From Bacilli bacterium (lineage in GTDB: Bacteria > Bacillota_I > Bacilli_A > RFN20 > CAG-826), in assembly GCA_017470115.1 (NCBI GenBank), contig JAFUEZ010000004.1:76891-140890 (forward strand): a stretch of DNA of 64,000 nucleotides. Reading direction: 5' to 3'. A program made the translations under genes and the position numbers. The notes below the pieces were generated by a model, which saw nothing but the letters and a program-made list of their open reading frames with translations, was not told the origin of the DNA and made no database searches. Positions within the stretch are counted from its first letter, which is position 1. Every line of letters starts with the position of its first letter. Below, piece after piece: positions 1-9,016 of the stretch.

Positions 1-101
1 ACTGTTGGCCCACAGACATACATTGAGACTTCACCTTCTTTTATTGGCTTAAATACATCTACTGAATTTGTAAGTGTGTTATATAATTTTATTTCACGCA
101 T
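1..101 (-). CDS. cysS: cysteinyl-tRNA synthetase, N-terminal fragment (gene continues past window start)
   Basis: Own minus-strand translation from ATG at 101: [34 protein letters not shown], the typical CysRS N-terminus (YVCGPTVY). AGGGG SD lies 7 nt upstream. Truncated, so absent from the ORF track. Confidence 0.7.
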   Translation of the reverse strand, partial: MREIKLYNTLTNSVDVFKPIKEGEVSMYVCGPT

Positions 102-207
102 ACCATTACCCCTAATTAAACTTTGTTTAAACAACTGTAATATTATACCAAAACAAAGTATTTGAATAAAGACGATTGAAAGTTTACATTGCTTTAGTTT
201 ACTCACT

Positions 208-235
208 TTGAATAAAATGAAAAATCAATTATAAT
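208..235 (+). promoter_or_regulatory. putative sigma-A promoter of trpS
   Basis: TTGAAT (208-213), 16 nt spacer, TATAAT (230-235), 25 nt upstream of the trpS ATG. Confidence 0.4.
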
Positions 236-260
236 ATTTTCGCATTTAGGAGTTTTTGTT

Positions 261-1268
261 ATGGAAGAAAAGAAAAGAGCTTTAAGTGGAATCAAGCCAA
301 CAGGTAACCTTACTTTAGGTAATTACATTGGTGCTTTAAGAGAGTTTAAAAAGTTTCAAGATGACTATGAATCTTTTATTTTTATTGCTGATTTACACGC
401 ATTAACCCTTCCAATCGACCCTATTTTTTTAAAAAACAACACAAAAGACATAGTTGCTTTTTATATTGCTGCAGGCCTTGATCCAGAAAAAACTACTATC
501 TTTTTACAAAGCGATGTTAGTGCTCATTCCGAACTAAATACTATCCTTGTTAACTATCTTTATATGGGTGAACTTTCAAGAATGACTCAATTTAAAGATA
601 AATCACAAAAAATGAATAATGAAGCAATTGGCTTAGGTCTTTTTGCTTATCCGGTTTTAATGGCCGCAGATATTTTGCTATATAACGCCGATGTTGTTCC
701 TGTTGGTGAAGATCAAACTCAACACGTCGAACTTTGTCGTGATTTAGTCCATAGATTTAATCAACGTTATCAAAAAGAAGTATTCGTAATGCCAAAAGCT
801 ATCACTCCTAAAGTTGGTGCACGTATCATGTCATTAAGTGATCCAACACGTAAAATGTCAAAATCAGATCCTAAAGGCGACATCTTCTTAAAAGATGATT
901 TAAATATTATCAGAAAGAAAATTATGTCTGCAGTAACCGACACAGGAAATGAGATCAAATATGATCCTGAAAATAAACCAGGAATCTCTAATTTATTAAC
1001 TATTTATGCTGCTCTTTCAAATATCACAGTTGAACAAGCCGAAAAACAATTCGAAGGCTGCACACAATATGGTGTATTTAAAAAGGCTGTTGCTGATAAA
1101 GTAATCGAAGAAATCGGACCTTTCCAACAAAGATATAAAGAAATCTTGGCAAGCGGAAAAATTGATGAAATCCTTTCTGAAGGAGCAAGACGAGCAAGCT
1201 ATATTGCAAATAAAACCTTAAGAAAAGTTAAAAAGACAGTTGGTCTTTACGTCCATGACTCAAAATAA
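261..1268 (+). CDS. trpS: tryptophanyl-tRNA synthetase
   Basis: 335 aa. Class I motifs GIKPTGNLTLGNYIG (HIGH-type) and KMSKS (RKMSKSD). Confidence 0.95.
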   Translation: MEEKKRALSGIKPTGNLTLGNYIGALREFKKFQDDYESFIFIADLHALTLPIDPIFLKNNTKDIVAFYIAAGLDPEKTTIFLQSDVSAHSELNTILVNYLYMGELSRMTQFKDKSQKMNNEAIGLGLFAYPVLMAADILLYNADVVPVGEDQTQHVELCRDLVHRFNQRYQKEVFVMPKAITPKVGARIMSLSDPTRKMSKSDPKGDIFLKDDLNIIRKKIMSAVTDTGNEIKYDPENKPGISNLLTIYAALSNITVEQAEKQFEGCTQYGVFKKAVADKVIEEIGPFQQRYKEILASGKIDEILSEGARRASYIANKTLRKVKKTVGLYVHDSK

Positions 1269-2076
1269 ATATATAATCGCTGTTGATTTAGATGGTACAC
1301 TTCTTTCAGATGATAAAACAATTTCTAAATTAAACCGTGAAACACTTAAAAAACTCGAAGATGATGGTCATTATATTGTTCTTTGTAGTGGCCGCGCTTT
1401 TCGCAGTATCTCAAAATTTCAAGATGACATAGGACTTAAGAAATCTCCTATGATTTGCTATAACGGACATAGAGCAATCAATAGATTTGACCCTACTTTT
1501 TGTGAGCTCAAATACCAAATTCCTAAAGATGATGCGATTAAAATCTATCTTGAATTAAAAGATGATTTTTTAATACAAACTACATGTGAAAATGATGACA
1601 CTATTTATACAGACAAAGAAGATTTATTTCTATTTAAATTCTTTGATACAGTTGGTATGAAAATTAAAACAGGACCAATTGATCAAATTTTAGATGGTGA
1701 TTTAAACACCTTTGTTGTTCGCTATAAAGAAGATATAATTGATGCAAATTCCAAAATTAATGCGAGAATTGCAGGGTTTTCGAACATAAAGATGCGTTTT
1801 TGGCAAGATTACGCTTATTCAGAATTATATTTAGATGGGGTTTCTAAATCAAAAACTTTAGCCCACGTTGCAGAGTTTTATAAGATACCAAAAGAGAGAG
1901 TTTTAGTCTTTGGAGATGCTCCTAATGATGTTGAAATGTTAAATGATTTCCCAAATAGTTTTTTCATGTGTAACGGGATTGATGGATTAAAACACAACGC
2001 AAAATATGTTACAGAATTTGACAATAACCACGATGGCGTCGCTCATGAACTAATTAAATTCTTTCACCTAAAATAA
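1255..2076 (+). CDS. Cof-type HAD-IIB family phosphatase
   Basis: IIAVDLDGTLL (DxDxT) and GDAPNDVEML motifs. ATG at 1255 preferred over the TTG at 1240 used by the ORF track. Overlaps the trpS stop. Confidence 0.85.
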   Translation: MTQNKYIIAVDLDGTLLSDDKTISKLNRETLKKLEDDGHYIVLCSGRAFRSISKFQDDIGLKKSPMICYNGHRAINRFDPTFCELKYQIPKDDAIKIYLELKDDFLIQTTCENDDTIYTDKEDLFLFKFFDTVGMKIKTGPIDQILDGDLNTFVVRYKEDIIDANSKINARIAGFSNIKMRFWQDYAYSELYLDGVSKSKTLAHVAEFYKIPKERVLVFGDAPNDVEMLNDFPNSFFMCNGIDGLKHNAKYVTEFDNNHDGVAHELIKFFHLK

Positions 2077-2077
2077 A

Positions 2078-2106
2078 AGGCATCCGCACGCAGATGCCTA
2101 TTTTTA
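2078..2106. terminator. bidirectional intrinsic terminator between convergent genes
   Basis: Hairpin AGGCATC-cgcacgca-GATGCCT followed by a T-run, with an A-run on the other side. Confidence 0.6.
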
Positions 2107-3795
2107 ATACGACTTATCATCGAAGCTATCAAGAACCTTTACTTGTGGCTTAATTACTTTCTTAATGTTGCCATCAATAAATGGATTTCTTAAATGCGCT
2201 CTTTCAATTAATTCTAAGAATGGATATTTGCCACCCATCTTAAGTAATTTAATGTACTTCTTCCAAGCTTTTTCTCTATTCTTATCCATTTCACATTTGA
2301 ATTGCAATGCTAAAACTTGGGCAAGTGTGTAATCGATATAATAGAATGGACTGCCAAAAATATGAGATTGTCTCATCCAATATCTACCGTTTTTAAGAAC
2401 TGGTAAAGTGTAACGGATCCGTGGTCTATATTCCTTTTCAAGTTTTGACCAATATGCACATCTTTCCTCGTGTGTTGCGTTTGGGTTTTCATAGACAAAA
2501 TGTTGGAAATCATCTACTTCTGCTCCATAAGGTAAGAACGAAATTGCACCATCAAGATGGGAGAATCTATATTTATCAGCTTGTTCGCCGAAGAATAAAT
2601 TCATCCATGGCCAAGCGAAAAACTCCATTGACATAGAATCGATTTCACAAGCCTCTAAAGTTGGCATTCTTTCGCCAGGAACTTTAATGTTTGCTCCTAA
2701 ATAACCTTGGAATGCATGTCCTACTTCATGAGTTAATGTATCGACATCTTGGCTTGAACCATTTGAATTAGCAAAAATAAATGGTGATTTATAACGTGGG
2801 ATATATGTCATATATCCTCCGCCGGCTTTTCCTGCTTTTGCATCTAAATCCATCAAATTGTTTTCAATCATAAAGTGGAAGAATTTTCCTGATTCAGGTG
2901 ACATTTCATCATACATTTGAGCTGCTGATTTAACTAAGAAAGCCGTATCTCCAGCAGGTTTAGCGTTTCCGCTTAAATACTCAAGATTATAATCTAGCCA
3001 AATTGGATTTTTAATTCCAAGTCTAGCAGCTTGTCTTTTTCTTAATTTTTTGACAACTGGGACAACATCACGTTTAATTTGTTCACGATAACCGTGGACC
3101 ATTTCGCTATTATAATCTAATCTTCCGAGTTTTAAATACCCTAATTCAACATAGTTTTTAAAGCCTAATTTATGTGCGATTGTATCTCTAAGATGGACTA
3201 AATCATCATAAATTTGACCAATTTTTGAATCGTTTTCATCTAAGAACCCATAATAAAGTTTAGCTGCTGCCATTCTTGTTTCAGGATCTTTATCGCTTAA
3301 ATATTTTCCGATTTGCATCAAATTCATGACTTCGCCTTTGAATTCTAATTTTGCACTAGCCATTAATCTGCTGTATTCAGAAGTTAATTTATTTTCTTGA
3401 ACTAATTCAGGAATAATTTCAGGACTAAATGTTTTGAAACCGACTTCTATTCTCTTAAACATTAATGTGCCATATTTTGCCTCAATTGCTTTTCTGAATT
3501 TAGAATTGAATAAAGCTTTTTCAAATTCTTGAATTGACTCCCCGAGTACTGGCATTACTTCATCAACAACATCATTTGCTTTTACAATTTCTTCATCTGT
3601 TGTATTAATTGAATATTTAATGCTAATAATTGTGCAATCAGTTTCAAGTTCATCATTAAAATCAAAATAAGCTTTTACTGCCCTAAGAGCTTCTTTTTCG
3701 TTTTGAGCGTTTTCTAGCTTCTCTTTGATTTTTGCTAATTTAGCTTTTGCTTTTTTCTCGTTAGGAATTCTAACTGGCATGTCTTCAAATTTCAT
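2104..3795 (-). CDS. pepF: oligoendopeptidase F family (M3B) metallopeptidase
   Basis: 563 aa with HEVGH zinc motif (LTHEVGHAFQ). GGAGA SD upstream. Confidence 0.9.
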   Translation of the reverse strand: MKFEDMPVRIPNEKKAKAKLAKIKEKLENAQNEKEALRAVKAYFDFNDELETDCTIISIKYSINTTDEEIVKANDVVDEVMPVLGESIQEFEKALFNSKFRKAIEAKYGTLMFKRIEVGFKTFSPEIIPELVQENKLTSEYSRLMASAKLEFKGEVMNLMQIGKYLSDKDPETRMAAAKLYYGFLDENDSKIGQIYDDLVHLRDTIAHKLGFKNYVELGYLKLGRLDYNSEMVHGYREQIKRDVVPVVKKLRKRQAARLGIKNPIWLDYNLEYLSGNAKPAGDTAFLVKSAAQMYDEMSPESGKFFHFMIENNLMDLDAKAGKAGGGYMTYIPRYKSPFIFANSNGSSQDVDTLTHEVGHAFQGYLGANIKVPGERMPTLEACEIDSMSMEFFAWPWMNLFFGEQADKYRFSHLDGAISFLPYGAEVDDFQHFVYENPNATHEERCAYWSKLEKEYRPRIRYTLPVLKNGRYWMRQSHIFGSPFYYIDYTLAQVLALQFKCEMDKNREKAWKKYIKLLKMGGKYPFLELIERAHLRNPFIDGNIKKVIKPQVKVLDSFDDKSY

Positions 3796-3806
3796 TATTT
3801 GTCTCC

Positions 3807-4361
3807 TTAATTAATAGGTTCTATTTTTTTAATCTTAAAAAGATTTTTGATCCATCTAGTAAATAATAAATTTCTCCAATAATTATAACCAATAACATAT
3901 GAATTATATGTCTGAATACTTTCGTAATATTTGTTATCTAAATCATATAAAGACTCAAATAAGAGGTCGATTGATGCTTTTTTTCCATTAAATTCATTAT
4001 CGACATAAATCTTTTGTGCACTTGAAGCTAATTGATTTGAAATCAGATATGCTTCACTAAATGATGATGGACTAAGTGAAATATAATTTCTAATTTCATT
4101 TTTTGTTAAATGTTTTAATCTGCTTTCAGGTTTAATGTAGGTATCAAGTATCTCAGATAAGGCAGTCAAAACTTCAAATTTTTGATAGATGATAATGTTC
4201 ACTTTTTCACTTTGTTTTTTAATTTTTGCTTTAAAACGATTCATCAAAACAAAAGATAAAACAAACATAATTATGTAAGCAATGAAAAGAGAGCTTGCAA
4301 TAGCTATAAGTGCAAACAAACCATATAAATCTAAATCTTTTAAAAACAAAGAAAATTGCAT
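3807..4361 (-). CDS. LemA-like single-pass membrane protein (tentative)
   Basis: N-terminal TM helix. C-terminal YNSYVIGYNYWRNLLF resembles the LemA YNxxVxxYNxxIxxFP motif. Weak similarity only. Confidence 0.4.
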   Translation of the reverse strand: MQFSLFLKDLDLYGLFALIAIASSLFIAYIIMFVLSFVLMNRFKAKIKKQSEKVNIIIYQKFEVLTALSEILDTYIKPESRLKHLTKNEIRNYISLSPSSFSEAYLISNQLASSAQKIYVDNEFNGKKASIDLLFESLYDLDNKYYESIQTYNSYVIGYNYWRNLLFTRWIKNLFKIKKIEPIN

Positions 4362-4432
4362 AATGAAAATATATCACATTTTTGACTAAAATAAACATAT
4401 TTGATATTCTAATATCAAGGGAAGATAAAGAA

Positions 4433-5266
4433 ATGTCAAAACCAATAGTTGCATTAATGTATGACTTTGATAAAACTTTAGCATTATCAGATATGCAAAG
4501 TTTTGATTTTATTCCAAGATTAGGTTTAACAGCTGATGAATTTTGGGCAAAGACATCAGAATTTTGCGAAAAATACGATACTGACCGTGTTTTAGGTTAT
4601 TTATACACGATGATTCTTATCGCTAAAGAAAAAGGAATCAAAATCACAAAAGAATATTTAAGGGAATGTGGAAAAAACATAAAATTCTTCGAAGGCGTTT
4701 CCACATGGTTTCAAAGAATTAACGAATACGCTGAATCGAAGGGATTACAAGTTGAGCATTATTTAATTACAAGTGGAAATAAAGAGATTGTAGAAGGTAA
4801 TCCAATTTGTAAAGAATTCAAACAAGTATTTGGTTGTGAGTATGTTTATGATAAAGATGGTGTTGCATGCTGGCCAAAATCAATCATCAATTATACTCTT
4901 AAAACTCAATACATTTTTAGAATTTCTAAAGGTGCAATTTATAACAACGATGACACCAAAGTTAACGAAAAAACCCTCCAAAGGCGTATAAAATATCAAA
5001 ATATGATTTACTTTGGCGATGGAATGACCGATGTTCCTTGCATGATTTTAGTTAAAGAAAATGGTGGCACTTCTATTGCTGTTCACCCAAAAGGCGGCTT
5101 TGAAAAAGTTGCAAATTTATATGAAGGAAATAGAGTAAACTTCATTGCAAAAGCTGACTATAAGAATGGAAGCGAATTAGATAGAATTGTTAAACTTATT
5201 ATCGATGGTATCGCCATCAAAGAAGCTCTTGAAATCAAACAAGAAAAAATAGAAAAGAAATTGTAA
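4433..5266 (+). CDS. HAD-superfamily hydrolase (HAD-IB-like)
   Basis: MYDFDKTL (DxDxT) and GDGMTDVPCM motifs. ATG at 4433 follows a GGGAAG SD, so it is preferred over the TTG at 4382. Confidence 0.7.
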   Translation: MSKPIVALMYDFDKTLALSDMQSFDFIPRLGLTADEFWAKTSEFCEKYDTDRVLGYLYTMILIAKEKGIKITKEYLRECGKNIKFFEGVSTWFQRINEYAESKGLQVEHYLITSGNKEIVEGNPICKEFKQVFGCEYVYDKDGVACWPKSIINYTLKTQYIFRISKGAIYNNDDTKVNEKTLQRRIKYQNMIYFGDGMTDVPCMILVKENGGTSIAVHPKGGFEKVANLYEGNRVNFIAKADYKNGSELDRIVKLIIDGIAIKEALEIKQEKIEKKL

Positions 5267-5297
5267 ATTTTCTGAAACTTATATCAAAAATATTTTG

Positions 5298-5327
5298 AAA
5301 AAGATAATTAAACTATTATCTTTTTTC
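5298..5327 (+). terminator. intrinsic terminator
   Basis: AAAGATAAT-taaac-ATTATCTTT hairpin followed by TTTT. Confidence 0.5.
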
Positions 5328-5440
5328 ATATTTAGGAACAAAATAATGCAAATTATGCACAAAATAAATTTATTAATTAAATTTATTCGCATTTATTGCT
5401 ATAATAACCGCATAATTCGTTTTGTAAAAGGTAAGGATTT

Positions 5441-5824
5441 ATGTATATTTCAATCAATTTTAAGAAAGGCGACATCGCTGAAGGAATCGTTACTAGTATT
5501 AAAAAATACGGTGTTTTCTTATCTTTTGATGGTGGATACATTGGCCTTTTACATATTAGCGAAATTTCGACAAATTTTGTTAACAACATCTCCAACTTCT
5601 TTAAGGTTGGTGATTTAGTTAACGTTTTAATTAAAGATGTTGATAAAAATTCTAAGTTTTTAAAGGTCTCTATTAAAGATTTGCCAGACGAACTAAACGA
5701 ATACAAAGAAATTTTGCCATCAAAAAAGGTGACGAGCTATTTAAAAGAAATAGATTTTAGTAAACTCGAAAAATCTTTACCAAAAATGGTTGAAGAGGAA
5801 ATTGAAAGGGAGAAGCAATTATGA
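5441..5824 (+). CDS. S1 RNA-binding domain protein (YabR/GSP13-like)
   Basis: GDIAEGIVTSIKKYGVFLSFDGGYIGLLHISEIS is a canonical S1 fold start. AAGG SD upstream. Confidence 0.8.
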   Translation: MYISINFKKGDIAEGIVTSIKKYGVFLSFDGGYIGLLHISEISTNFVNNISNFFKVGDLVNVLIKDVDKNSKFLKVSIKDLPDELNEYKEILPSKKVTSYLKEIDFSKLEKSLPKMVEEEIEREKQL

Positions 5825-7110
5825 GTTTTGAAGTCGGATTTGAGCATGTTAATAAAAATCTAGTTTTCAAAGTTGAAGATTACGAAGAGAAAGTTAGAAA
5901 GATTAACGAATTTTTAGAATATGAACGGACAAATCCAAATAATTATATTGGATGGTTACATTATGCATCACATATAAATCATGATTTAGTTGAATCTATC
6001 AAAAAACAAGCAAAATATTTTAGAGAAAATTATGACACTTTAGTTGTTTGTGGAATTGGTGGAAGCTATCTTGGTGCACGTGCTGTTATTGAAGCTGTAA
6101 ATGGTTTAATGCCACAAGATAAATTTAAGGTTTTATATTTTGGACAAACACTTGATCCAAATTATACTTCCCAAATGTTAGCTTATTTGAAACATAAAAA
6201 TTTCTGCGTAGTTTGCATTTCAAAATCAGGCACTACTACTGAAACAAGTATCGCATTTAGATTATTAAAAGATTTGCTTGAAAAGAAACATGGTAAAAAA
6301 GGTGCTGCTGACGCTATTGCATGTGTCACTTCTATTGGAAAAGGTGCTTTATATAAAATGGCCCAAAAGGAAGGTTACAGTGTTTTTGAATTGCCTGTAA
6401 ATATTGGTGGAAGATATTCAGTTATCACTCCAGTTGGTTTACTTCCAATTGCATGTGCTGGCATCGATATTGATAGATTTATTGCTGGTTTTGTTAGAGC
6501 TGAAGAAAAATTTGGCTCACCTGAATTATCACAAAATCCTGCTTATCAATATGCTGCAGAACAAAACTTACTTTACAATAATGGCTATAATATCGAACTT
6601 TTAGTCACTTATGAACCAAGACTTCAAGCATTAGCAGAATGGTATAAGCAACTTTACGATGAATCAAATGGTAAAGATAGAAAAGGTTTACTTGTCATGA
6701 GTTCAACGTTCACAACAGACCTCCATTCTCTTGGCCAATTTATTCAAGATGGAACAAAAGATTTATTTGAAACAGTACTTCTTTTCGATAATCCAAAAAT
6801 TGATGTTGTAATTCCATGGAATGATGATGATTCAGATGAATTAAATTACATCGCAAACAAGAAATTATCTTACGTTAATAAAAAAGCATCAGAAGGAACA
6901 ATTAGCGCTCATGCTAATGATGGAAATGTTCCTAATATAATTATTGAAATTGATACACTTGATGAATATAAATTTGGAGAATTTTTATATTTTTCAATGA
7001 GAGCTTGTGCTATGGCAGGTTATTTACTCAATGTTAACCCATTTAATCAACCTGGTGTAGAAATTTACAAGAAAAACATGTTCAAATTACTCGGTAAAAA
7101 GGGTTATTAG
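5821..7110 (+). CDS. pgi: glucose-6-phosphate isomerase
   Basis: GIGGSYLGARAV, ISKSGTTTET and GGRYSV motifs. ATGA overlap with the upstream gene. Confidence 0.93.
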   Translation: MSFEVGFEHVNKNLVFKVEDYEEKVRKINEFLEYERTNPNNYIGWLHYASHINHDLVESIKKQAKYFRENYDTLVVCGIGGSYLGARAVIEAVNGLMPQDKFKVLYFGQTLDPNYTSQMLAYLKHKNFCVVCISKSGTTTETSIAFRLLKDLLEKKHGKKGAADAIACVTSIGKGALYKMAQKEGYSVFELPVNIGGRYSVITPVGLLPIACAGIDIDRFIAGFVRAEEKFGSPELSQNPAYQYAAEQNLLYNNGYNIELLVTYEPRLQALAEWYKQLYDESNGKDRKGLLVMSSTFTTDLHSLGQFIQDGTKDLFETVLLFDNPKIDVVIPWNDDDSDELNYIANKKLSYVNKKASEGTISAHANDGNVPNIIIEIDTLDEYKFGEFLYFSMRACAMAGYLLNVNPFNQPGVEIYKKNMFKLLGKKGY

Positions 7111-7148
7111 AACATAATTTTTAACCTTTAATTCAGATAAATAATTTA

Positions 7149-7178
7149 TTGACAAAAAGATAGGTTTGTTGATATATT
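7149..7178 (+). promoter_or_regulatory. putative promoter of the tRNA cluster
   Basis: TTGACA (7149-7154), 18 nt spacer, TATATT (7173-7178), about 30 nt upstream of the first tRNA. Confidence 0.5.
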
Positions 7179-7209
7179 ATTTAAGCACGTTTAGATTCGT
7201 GTAGCGGAC

Positions 7210-7285
7210 GGATGTTTAGCTCAGCTGGGAGAGCATCGCCTTTACACGGCGGAGGTCAGAGGTTCGAGCCCTCTAACATCCACCA
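7210..7285 (+). tRNA. tRNA-Val (anticodon UAC)
   Basis: Cloverleaf folded by hand: acceptor GGATGTT/AACATCC, anticodon loop TTTACAC, T-loop TTCGAGC, encoded CCA. Confidence 0.9.
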
Positions 7286-7302
7286 ATCTAAATTGTACTC
7301 TT

Positions 7303-7386
7303 GGGAGGGTAGCGAAGAGGCTAAACGCGGTTGACTGTAAATCAATTCCTTCGGGTTCGGCAGTTCGAATCTGCCCCCTCCCACCA
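7303..7386 (+). tRNA. tRNA-Tyr (anticodon GUA)
   Basis: Acceptor GGGAGGG/CCCTCCC, anticodon loop CTGTAAA, long variable arm, T-loop TTCGAAT, encoded CCA. Confidence 0.9.
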
Positions 7387-7395
7387 ACAAGGTGT

Positions 7396-7470
7396 TGGGG
7401 TGTAGCCAAGCGGTAAGGCAACAGACTTTGACTCTGTCACTCACTGGTTCGAGTCCAGTCACTCCAGCCA
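7396..7470 (+). tRNA. tRNA-Gln (anticodon UUG)
   Basis: Acceptor TGGGGTG/CACTCCA, anticodon loop CTTTGAC, T-loop TTCGAGT, encoded CCA. Confidence 0.9.
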
Positions 7471-7475
7471 AATTC

Positions 7476-7551
7476 GATCCACTAGCTCAGTCGGTAGAGC
7501 ACTTGACTTTTAATCAAGGGGTCTGGAGTTCGAATCTCCAGTGGATCACCA
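7476..7551 (+). tRNA. tRNA-Lys (anticodon UUU)
   Basis: Acceptor GATCCAC/GTGGATC, anticodon loop CTTTTAA, T-loop TTCGAAT, encoded CCA. Confidence 0.9.
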
Positions 7552-7558
7552 TTACAGT

Positions 7559-7645
7559 GCCCAGGTGGCGGAATAGGTAGACGCGCAGGACTTAAAATCC
7601 TGTGGTAGCAATACCGTACCGGTTCGATTCCGGTCCCGGGCACCA
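7559..7645 (+). tRNA. tRNA-Leu (anticodon UAA)
   Basis: Acceptor GCCCAGG/CCCGGGC (one mismatch), anticodon loop CTTAAAA, long variable arm, T-loop TTCGATT, encoded CCA. Confidence 0.85.
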
Positions 7646-7657
7646 TAAAATGTGAAA

Positions 7658-7710
7658 ATCCCCGTTTCTTAAACTAATTTAATTAGTGCGATGAGAAAGG
7701 GGTTTTTATT
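7658..7710 (+). terminator. intrinsic terminator of the tRNA cluster
   Basis: CCCCGTTTCT ... AGAAAGGGG stem followed by TTTTTATTTT. Confidence 0.6.
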
Positions 7711-7864
7711 TTATTTTAAAATTCACTACCACCACTTTCTTTTTGAGCAACTAAATCTAAAATTTATTAACCTAATATAAAAAAGGATAGAGAACAAATA
7801 GTTAAGTTAATTTTTATTTGTATTTCATTTTATTTACAAATGAGTTAGTTATATAATTCTAGTT

Positions 7865-8149
7865 ATGGAAAACGAAGAAACTATTAAACTTATAGAATTA
7901 ACACTAGAAAAAATACGTCCATTCTTACAAAGAGATGGCGGCGATGTCACCTTTGATTCTTTCGAAGATGGAATTGTTTATTTAAATGTTCATGGTGCTT
8001 GTGAAGGATGTGCTCTCATCGATCAAGATCTTCAAGGTGGAATTGAAGTTATCTTAATGGAAGAGGTCCCTGGAATTATCGCCGTTAAAAATGCGGCAGA
8101 TAAAAAATTCATTCACGAACAATTAAAAACATTAAATCCAAATAATTAA
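7865..8149 (+). CDS. NifU-like (Nfu C-terminal domain) Fe-S cluster protein
   Basis: IRPFLQRDGGDVTF...VHGACEGCA motif (CxxC) typical of the Nfu/NifU C-terminal domain. Confidence 0.85.
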   Translation: MENEETIKLIELTLEKIRPFLQRDGGDVTFDSFEDGIVYLNVHGACEGCALIDQDLQGGIEVILMEEVPGIIAVKNAADKKFIHEQLKTLNPNN

Positions 8150-8150
8150 A

Positions 8151-8177
8151 AAGAAGCAAACTTGCTTCTTTTTTTAT
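8151..8177. terminator. intrinsic terminator (bidirectional)
   Basis: AAGAAGCA-aact-TGCTTCTT followed by TTTTTTT, preceded by an A-run. Confidence 0.65.
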
Positions 8178-8190
8178 TTTGAAAACCTTT

Positions 8191-8973
8191 CTAAAGTAGG
8201 ATATTTTCTAAATTATTAACAATAATATAACCTTCTTTATTATATACATCTTCTCTATTATATCTAATTGGTTGTCTTGTAGATAAATTCAAAACATGGC
8301 CGCCTGCTTCTTCAACTATAATTTGGAATGCCGCTGTATCCCGTTCTTTTGTTCCGTTATTTAGTCTATAAGATATTTCCGCACTTCCTTCTGCGATTGC
8401 ACAAGCTTTTAAGCTCGAACCTCTTCTCTCGATTCGAATGATTCTGTTTGCGTGACGTGCTAAAAGTTGTTGCTCATTCTCTTTGAAATGAAAAACGGAA
8501 ATCAACGCAGTCAAATTATCAATCTTATCATTAACATGGATTGGTTCACCTTTTTCACCTATTTTTCCTTTAAAAGCACCATGACCTTTTGAAGCATAAT
8601 AATATATTCCTAATGCTGGAGCGGCAACAACGCCAGCAACAACCTCATGTTTATAAGCTAAAGCAATATTGCAAGTAAATTCACCGTCTTTAGCAATAAA
8701 ATCCTTAGTTCCATCAACTGGATCAACAATAAAAACATAATCGTTTTGGAGTCTTCTTAAATCATCGTTGCTTTCTTCTGTTAAAAAAGAATAGTTAGGA
8801 AAAAGTCGATGCAAACGATCTTTAATTAATGCATCAGTTGTTTTGTCAGCTTCGGTAACTGGGCTATTATCTTCTTTTATTTCAGTATGAAAACCATTTT
8901 TATAGTATTTCATAATATTCTCAGAAGCTTCAGCAGCGACTTTAATCATTTCTTGTAATTCACGTTGAAACAT
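8191..8973 (-). CDS. inositol monophosphatase / CysQ-type bisphosphate nucleotidase family protein
   Basis: FIVDPVDGTKDF motif and overall IMPase-family layout. Confidence 0.85.
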   Translation of the reverse strand: MFQRELQEMIKVAAEASENIMKYYKNGFHTEIKEDNSPVTEADKTTDALIKDRLHRLFPNYSFLTEESNDDLRRLQNDYVFIVDPVDGTKDFIAKDGEFTCNIALAYKHEVVAGVVAAPALGIYYYASKGHGAFKGKIGEKGEPIHVNDKIDNLTALISVFHFKENEQQLLARHANRIIRIERRGSSLKACAIAEGSAEISYRLNNGTKERDTAAFQIIVEEAGGHVLNLSTRQPIRYNREDVYNKEGYIIVNNLENILL

Positions 8974-8985
8974 ATTTTCACCTCA

Positions 8986-9010
8986 CGAAAAAAGCCATCT
9001 TAAGATGGCT
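8986..9010 (-). terminator. intrinsic terminator downstream of fba
   Basis: AGCCATC-ttaa-GATGGCT palindrome. U-run on the minus-strand transcript (A6 on plus). Confidence 0.6.
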
Positions 9011-9016
9011 ATTTTA

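Noticed and set aside
102-260. Possible T-box riboswitch in the cysS/trpS divergent leader region.
   Set aside because: The spacer is only 159 nt. It has no T-box consensus (AGGGTGGNACCGCG-like), no specifier-loop architecture and no terminator/antiterminator pair. Only an 8-bp AT-rich hairpin (121-158) is present.
770-958. Short antisense and alternative-frame ORFs in the supplied track that lie inside strong genes. Examples: 770-958, 2421-2636, 11428-11643, 14320-14571, 16348-16602, 19721-20135, 26398-26697, 41966-42208, 43142-43498, 48054-48359, 53397-53962, 59307-59615 and 61556-61846.
   Set aside because: Each lies wholly within a well-supported conserved gene on the other strand or frame. 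The translations are low-complexity or hydrophobic, typical of AT-rich shadow ORFs, and lack an SD or any recognisable motif.
5295-5706. ORFs 5295-5618 (+) and 5383-5706 (-) spanning the intergenic region and the S1-domain gene.
   Set aside because: Both overlap the terminator/promoter region and the well-supported S1-domain CDS. The sequences are Ile/Lys/Phe-rich with no motif, and the + ORF starts at a TTG inside the terminator hairpin.
7256-7580. ORFs 7256-7471 (-) and 7392-7580 (+) across the tRNA cluster.
   Set aside because: The region is fully explained by five cloverleaf tRNAs. These ORFs are artefacts of the relatively GC-rich tRNA sequence.
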